A stretch of DNA of 61,360 nucleotides, filler included, from Platydemus manokwari (Eukaryota), in the NCBI GenBank assembly GCA_037951405.1. It is 5 parts of 5 records of this genome, joined end to end, with 100 filler letters (N's around TTAATTAATTAA, not from the genome) between each part and the next. Parts side by side here need not be neighbours in the genome. Positions count along the whole stretch, not along the records: positions 52,298 to 61,360 come from JBBMOY011305317.1; 4 more parts are not named here. One strand, given 5' to 3'. Numbering within the stretch: position 1 is the first letter of the stretch; the number at the start of each line of letters is the position of its first letter. The notes beneath the pieces were generated by a model. The model worked only from the letters and a program-made list of their open reading frames with translations, ran no database searches and was not told the origin of the DNA. Of the stretch, positions 53,657 to 61,360 are shown one piece after another. Both the position numbers and the translations under genes were made by a program.

Positions 53657-56600
53657 AATAAAAATCATAATTTTATTTATAAAAATTATCAATTATAAAC
53701 ACCTGCATATTTTGGAAAGACCAAACCTAACTAACGATGAAAATTCATTTTGAAACTGACACGTGTATGTCTTGACAAGTGCCAAAACAATCAATTTATA
53801 AAGGAGTTTTGATTTATCAAGAAAACCTAAGAACGATTTTTATACTAAATAATTTCAAGTGCAACGAAAAACAATAATTGTAACTCATTTACAATTAGTG
53901 ACTACATGTGGTTTCGAGAGCTGTAGTCCTAAGCACATTCAAGTCCTTAGCAACACCGAAGGTTTTATACAGTCGAATCATTTCTTAAAATCAGTTCTGT
54001 CCAAACAGTATGAAAGTAATGGAATTAAGGCCATCCATTGTAACGATATTTGGTTAATTGTTTTCTTTTTATTATTATTCAATATCAATTGTATTATCAA
54101 CTGCATTAAAAAATTATATTTCATAATTTTATCACTTTATAAATTGAACTGTTATAAATTTTATTGTAAGCCACTATTGGAGTCAGATAATAAAGTAAGA
54201 CATTCAGATACTTTCAGAGACAAACTGAGTCATAAAATTAATGTGCAAATTTAATAGATTTCCTTTTCTGTTGTTTCTTGATTAACTTTGTCTCGTAAAT
54301 TTGCTGGATAGGATTTTTATTAATTTTGTACTTATTTTGTGTTTATTGTTCAGAAAATACTTAGGTCATCTTAAACTCTAATCATGCAAAGTTTATTTCC
54401 TAAATTTTCTTAAATTATTTATTAATTCTGTTTCTTTAATAGTAATTATTATTTGAATACTAAAAAAGTTAACCTGGTTTTTATTCCACTTTGAAATAAT
54501 AAAAAAAATGAAGGGATTTGTAAAAATACATAATTCTATCACTTCCTTCTAGCGATTGTAATCACAAAACATTATAAATTTACATTTTTAAACAATGAAT
54601 ACTTTTTGAAATCATCCGAGGCCAAATAACCACTAATGAATCCTTATTTAAAATCAATTATGTCCAAGGTCGTGTAAACCCCCTTGTGAATTTCTTTTAA
54701 CAGTACATTGTTATCTAAGTAATTTATCATTTCTCCCATTTGTAAAAGTTGTGTGCAATCATTTTAGGTGCGAAGATTGATAAGTAAAACCTTTTGGTTA
54801 TAATAATCTGTACAAACGATAATCAATTGTTATCGCTTTATTATTAAAATTATCATTTTATTAAATTCATTAATACATGCTTATTAGTTATATGCTGTGT
54901 TTGTTTATCATGTTTTGGGGTTAAACATCTCCTTTACTGTTTGATAATTAAGGATGAATTGTCAATTTTTGTACTACATATCTTATAGTAGGATGATATG
55001 TTTCGAAGTTGCTTGTTTAAATTTCTAATCAATCTCAATATTCTATAACTTAACAATTTAATACTATGAATCAATGCCGTCTTGACCAGTCTCTGTTAGC
55101 TCTGATCAACCCTATGAAACCTTATTCCATATATATTTTTGTCTTCATCCAGTTATCAATACTACATAGAGATAGTATGATAGGGCGCAACGATCCGTTT
55201 ACTATTATTCTATCAGTCTCAAATTCAACCGTCCTATGCCTAAATTCTATCTAATCAGCAACCAATTGACTACTGTAATGTTTATTGATTACTAACTATA
55301 CATCGAAAATAAAAATTACACAAATTGTTTTGTTTGAACTACACTATACAACGATAAAATACACCTAGACGATGAAACCTACAATGCGATGAAAATAAAA
55401 ATAGTTGCTTCATGCAAGAACAACTAAATGTTTCGATTTTCAACATCGTCATAAAATTTAATTAGCTTTAGACGCCAAAGATTGTTACATTTTCATCATT
55501 TGAAAATCGTTACAAAACTAATTGATATTTTCCAATTTGTTTTAATACAACAAAATAATAAAAACTATAAATCACTACATTATACACAAAATACTGTCAT
55601 ACATTATACTTTTGTAAACAGAATATTGTTATTGTCACATCTGTCAGAATGTCAGAATCCCAACAAAAATATTACTTATTAATAATAAATATCATTACTT
55701 AAAACTTAAATCAAAAACAAACAAATTTCAACTTCTCTTATAAATCCTAACAGCTCCAGTAAATGTCTTAATATGTGGACAAGATATAATTTTCTAAGGA
55801 AATGTAATAAAAATTAATTTATCGAATTATAGATGTTTACCACCAGACTGGGAGATTAATTCGTAACTATAGCGACCTAAAAATATCAAATATTTGCTTA
55901 AATTAGCAGTCACTTTGACATTTATGAATCTCAGAATTTTCTAAATCGTTCTGATGCAAAAGAAGGTGAAAATTATGATTTTACACCTGGTTTGAATAGC
56001 GTCTAAGGACGCATATAGGTACTGGCTCTCATTATTTTTTCAATTATTTAACATTTCATAAAAATCATTAAATCGCCATGTCTTACTTTTTTGGAATATA
56101 TAACACAAGTGATTATTGTATTTGGTGTTACGTAATACTTGCGGTTGTCAATTAAATATCGTTTCAATCATTTCGTTCATTAATTATTCTAACACAAATA
56201 TATTATGAAAAATCTTATTTTTTTAACTTTACTCTCTTTTCAATTAATTAATTCTATTTCTTTTACATCATTTCATAAAAAATCAGAAGATTAAAAATTA
56301 TCAGATATCGTTGGAGTAGAAACTCAACAATTTCTTAATAAATATTTAAAATATCTAATTAAAATCCTCAATAATATCTAAAACTAATCAGTTAATTGTT
56401 AATAAAACAGCACCGTCTCAATCATCATACGTCATTTAAAAGGACGGTCGTTGATTATCAACTAAAAATTTTCAACCCAAGAATCAATCATATCAGCAGA
56501 TAATCCATAAACAACACTGATTTAAAGCAATTCAACTATGTGATGTAAAAAGTGACAAAATAATAAGATTTTCGATTTTCATTAAAAAAACAATATTTAG

Positions 56601-57599
56601 TGATGTTTAATACATGTTTTGGTAATAATTTTGTCTTTGTACTTTTCTCTCAAAATATGCATACATACAGCTTATCTAATGTAGCCTTATTTTGTGAAAC
56701 AATTACAATATGGTTAATGAAACAGTATAAGGCAATTACAATATAAAAAGTTAAATATGACATATCGATATAGAAATAAATATAAAAATAAAAAATAATA
56801 AGATATAAATTAGTTGAATGCTTACACACATTGGAAAAATCATAAAAGAACTTTTTAAAATTAATGCATTGTTCAGCAAACGAGTTGACTTAATATAAAA
56901 GAAAAACAAACCGAACTACACAACATAATTTGTTATATCAGCACTATGACAAATTTCGAATAAATTTATAAGTATTTTTGGTATAATTTAATTTTGTAAT
57001 TATTTAAAATCTTACATATATATGCAAAAAAATTTCGTTTTTATCACTAAGAAAATATTTGAAAATCAAAGTTAAAATTTTCTAGGTAAATCTTTCATAG
57101 GTAAATTTTCTATGGTAGATCATTAACAAGACTAGAAAATTATTTAACCTGAAAGATGAAGGCGAAGAAATGCGACATAAATTTCTTCGTTGTAACTTTA
57201 ACAGTCAAGGAGCTAAACCAAACAAAATGTTGTCAAAAGTAGATACGGATATAACAAGCCAAAGATTAGAAAAGCAAAAAATAAACCAATAGTCTATTGC
57301 AAGGTGAAAATAAGAAAGTAAGGATCCTTTTGACAATAGAGCTGAATCTTTAAACTGTTAGATGAAGGATTCGAGGATCAGAATGAAACGGAAATAAAAT
57401 CGGAGATCCAGAATAATAAACAATTAATATTACCGAATGATGCGCTGTTGGAAAAAGGTGATTACTTTGTCAAAGCTATGATTGTTGATGGAAATAGCAG
57501 AAAAGTGTATTTTTTATTAATGCAGATAAGAGAAGCGTAGTGGAAAGTTATTTGAAAAAATCCGATTTGTTGCGTAAAGTAAATAAAGGATATATTTTG

Positions 57600-59410
57600 G
57601 TAATGTTGAAGCACCACTAATATTTATACGGGAATAAATTTAAATTGGGTAGAAGAGATAAATGAAATAAAAGAGGAAGACATTGGAAATTTCGTTGTTT
57701 GTATAATTTATATCTCGCGAAGAGAGAAAGTAAACTAGACAAGGTATTAAAAAACATTGAGCAGAACTTGAATGATAAACTGAATCCTGAGGATATGAGG
57801 GTTCTATCAAAATACAGAGATAGTTTTACTACAGAACTAGAAGGCTTAGGAAGATCCCAGATCTTGAAACATAGCTTCAAAACAAACACTGACCAAATAA
57901 TAGCTACCAAACCTTCTTCTATTAGGATTAAAAGAGAAAATTAAACATCGAATGTTGGAATCAGACGTTATTAGTTCGAGTAGTTTTGAGAAAATTCCCC
58001 AGTAGTGCTAGTAAGGAAAAATGATGAAGTGAATAGAATGAGTGTAGATTATAAGAAGCTAAATGTAGTTACATGCAGACTAATTATCCAATACCGAATT
58101 CCGAAAAAATATTTGATACTGTACAGGGAGATAGATATTTTTCAACAATAGATCATCAAGCTAAGTTGCAGGAAGAAGTAAAAGAAAAAACAGCATTCAA
58201 CAATTTAAGTTAATCAAATATCCTCTGGATTATATTCAGTATCTGCAATTTTTAAGATACTTATGAAGGCCATATTGAAAACTGAAAATTTGACAAACTG
58301 TGTAATATATCTGAATAATATTCTGATATTTTTAATGTCAATGAAAGTATTTTTAGTCAATAAACACAATGAAAGGTTGAAAAGAGTTTTGAATCGAATC
58401 AATAGGGTAAGGTTGAAATTGGTCCCAAAGATTCTCTAATGCAGAGGCGCGAAACATTATATTGCAGGCTTCTAAAATTTTTAATTCTAAAATAAAATTT
58501 AGTTGTTATAATTTCTGGTTTGTTGAAAGTTATTTTTTAAAAATTTTTTCAATTAACTGCAATTTGCATTTTGTGATAAAATTATTAATTAATAAAAAAG
58601 CATAATTTGAATTATATCTTGTTATGAAGAAGATATTTATTTTTATTTAAATAATATTACATATGGGAGCTATAACCTATTATGGGGCCCATTTTAGGGG
58701 CATCAGTAGCTAATGTAATAAAAATTGGGGCGCAATTTAAAAAGTTTGCGCGCCCTGCTCTAACGCATCACAATATCGTATATAGAAACCACAGCTGGAG
58801 ATATTTAAAATGAAAAAAATATAGTAAAAGGAAAGAACATCTTAATGTATATGCAATATCACGATTTTCTCATTGTGAACAATGCGCCATAAAGCATTAA
58901 AACCTTAATACCTTGTGATGAAGATGAGAAAGTGTTGTGCTAGTAGAATATAACAAGTTTTTAAATTAGAATAAAATGAAGAACTGAAAAAGGTGATAAA
59001 TGCAATTCTCAGATAAGTGTAATAAATTTATCAAAAATATCACGTTATAAGGACACGTGCAACAAGAAGAAATACTCGAGAATTAGATGTGATCCGTTAC
59101 ACAATGAGAAAAACGAAAATTATCGGTTTATAATGCCCCACTGAGATACTAAAACTTGTTTTTCGAATGATCCACAAAAAATAACCGGAGTTTATGTAAA
59201 AATATTTTATTGGCCTGGCTGAAGGAAAAAATCGGAAATGGAGATAATATTGAAAACGATGTTGAAAAAAAGACAATGATGCGAGTACTGAAAGCATGTA
59301 CAAACGGCCATGATATGATGACTCAAAAAAGGAGATACTGCTAAACACTGAAGAGAGAACGAAGAAGTCCATCAGAAATTAGAAACCTGCAAGATACCTG
59401 AATTCACTAT
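57600..59410 (+). mobile_element. Degenerate Ty3/Gypsy LTR retrotransposon pol remnant
   Basis: LGRSQILKHSFKT, MLESDVI, NSPVVLVRKND..RMSVDYKKLN, YPIPN..IFD..QGDRYFSTID, KEKTAF, CVIYLNNILIF (decayed YLDD), H.ERLKRVL.RI....LKL.PK, RNase H end YSKRKEHLNVYAISR, and an integrase-tail-like KP.RYL near 59400. Confidence 0.9.
58442..58757. mobile_element. hAT (Charlie-type) MITE, 316 bp, nested in the Gypsy remnant
   Basis: TIRs CAGAGGCGCGAAAC / AGTTTGCGCGCCCTG. 8-bp TSD CTCTAATG (58434-58441) / CTCTAACG (58758-58765). Confidence 0.85.
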
Positions 59411-60503
59411 AAGCCGGCTTTTCCGAAGGCGAAGAATGTGATATATATATATATATATAATCCATAATTTTCATTGTCGAAATTAATTATGGTTGAAGAA
59501 AAAATTGTTTGGGATATTCGACTTTTAAAATGTCGATTTTTGTAAATGCCACTTACAAAATTAATTACATCATACTTGACCTCGTATTTGGAATAAAGAT
59601 AAAAGTTAAATCGGAAATATGGTTGCAATTAAATATCACTGATTATTAATAAGATTTTTTGCAAATTAGATTCAATCTTTACAATATTATGTCAATTAAT
59701 CTATATCAAGAAAGAATTTATTTTTAGATGCTTGCGTGAGCAGTGGATATACACTACCATTCCGTTGATTATTGCAAACATAATCGTATGGCTTGTTTTT
59801 TCCGCATTCAGAGTAATATAAGTTCGAAATTCAATCAAATTATTTATTTAAATAAATCCAACTGATGCTAAAATTATGTATTGAAAAGTCAATCCACAAA
59901 TAATATAGAAATACAGTAATTTTGATTACTCTGATAAAATATGAGTTCTAAATTATCAATCTAGCACGAACTGTTTTATAATTAGAAAAATAATATCAGA
60001 ATAAATCTTATTTATCAATGCATCTACACGATCATAGGAAAACTTTTATTAAAATAGAAATTTTAAATTTCTTATTTTATTATAAAAATCTCAGTTTTTA
60101 ACTTGTATTTTGATTAGAAATATTTTTTATTAAAATTATTCAAACCATGTATGGCTGTGAGGAATATTTCCACATCTATTGAAATAAGAAATTTCTTTTC
60201 TTAACACAAGACATTTTAAATTATCAATTTTAATGAAGAAATTGTCAGACATGTTTATCAAATCAAACACAAACATTTATCTTTTTATAAAATTATTTCG
60301 TATTATTGATGTTTAAAATTTATTCACCATTTTCATAATTCCAACAATTTCGCTAATTTTGAATTCGATACAAAAGATTGTATTTTTGGTCTATTTCATT
60401 TAGCATTACTAGGAGTTTACAACAAAATGAATCATTAATTGGAAGTAATAATCGAGAAGTTAATAAAAATAACTAAAAGTATTCATTTTATTGAACAGAT
60501 TAT

Positions 60504-60737
60504 TTAGTTTTGAGTGAAGGTTTTCAGGATATCTTCATAACTCTTTTGATCTATTATTTCATTTGCAATTAGCAGTAAAACTAACCAAAGGAAAACTATA
60601 ACTAATAAAAATTCTATTTTGATGTCGGAAATATATGCAGCCAAAGACAACACTATTAAAATCACTAAAATATCTATAAACCCAAGCTTAACATTATCAT
60701 AGAAAAGTTTGATAAATTCGACGCACAAGTAATGCAT
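60504..60737 (-). CDS. Possible small two-transmembrane protein (77 aa)
   Basis: ATG-started ORF with two hydrophobic stretches and a charged tail. Could be a chance ORF in T-rich DNA. Confidence 0.2.
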   Translation of the reverse strand: MHYLCVEFIKLFYDNVKLGFIDILVILIVLSLAAYISDIKIEFLLVIVFLWLVLLLIANEIIDQKSYEDILKTFTQN

Positions 60738-61284
60738 GCAAAATGTATTATAAAGAACAGTCTTATTCGGGCTAACGTTACACTCTAAGAGATATTTCTG
60801 ATTAAATTGAATCGTATCTGATAATATTTACGATATATAAGTGTTAAATAACAACGAATAATAAACACCTGACTCCAATATGACGTATATTGATCAATAT
60901 ACAACCACAAAGTTTCCACCTAAATCTGGCTTTCAGCTTGCAGTGGTCCATCTTTTCATTGATTTTTATACTCGCGATCTGTGTGTATTTTTTGTGTCAT
61001 GTTGTATTATACTTTGATTTGATATTTGTTTTTCTGTGTTCTTATTTGGTTTCTAAGTTTTTATATGAGTGGGATTGGTCAATCCCTATGTGTGTGTTTT
61101 GTGTAGTTATGCCCTTTTTTCATTTGTAATTCGCCGTCTAACTTAGCTGTGATTAGGCATTCCTGTATGATCGTGTAGGCATGCAAATGTTTAAAGTGCC
61201 AAAACAAGGGTTCCAAGGTGTAAATTCGTTTTTATTTTTGCAGAATTTTATCTCACTCGACAGAAGGGAATGTCATTTGATCAT

Positions 61285-61360
61285 TGTAAGCCGCTACTAT
61301 TTTATAAAACAATACGCATCGAAAACGAACTGAAAAGACTAGACATTCAATTCTATTCAA
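61285..61360 (-). mobile_element. TRIM-like element, copy 5 (LTR end running off the window)
   Basis: TGTAAGCCGCTACTATTTTATAAAAC...GAAAACGAACTGAAAAG matches the LTRs at 30565 and 44667. No PBS follows, so it is a 3' or solo LTR. Confidence 0.7.

Overview
AT-rich eukaryotic genomic DNA with short (41-92 nt) GT-AG introns. The proteins look flatworm-like, probably a planarian (inference, not verified). The window is five contigs joined by identical artificial 100-bp spacers (N44-TTAATTAATTAA-N44), so neighbourhood across spacers is not evidence. Complete hand-spliced genes: a Spen/SHARP orthologue (8 exons, about 2737 aa, 4 RRMs + SPOC), mitochondrial ribosomal protein L40, LZIC (convergent with MRPL40, stops 37 bp apart) and an intronless CaMKI-like kinase. 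Partial genes: STK32/YANK (two exons), a PPP1R14/CPI-17-family PP1 inhibitor (first exon) and a few unknown or decayed gene fragments. Mobile DNA: a degenerate NeSL/Utopia-like non-LTR RT, a degenerate Gypsy pol with a nested hAT MITE, a second hAT MITE with a perfect 8-bp TSD, mariner/Tc1/hAT remnants, and five copies of a TRIM-like miniature LTR element. The most interesting, still unconfirmed, signal is a set of stop- and frameshift-ridden segments on three contigs. Their translations carry motifs resembling Mononegavirales (negative-strand RNA virus) L polymerase, colinear in the best case, which suggests many endogenous viral fossils. All homology calls are by eye from remembered family motifs; no searches were run.
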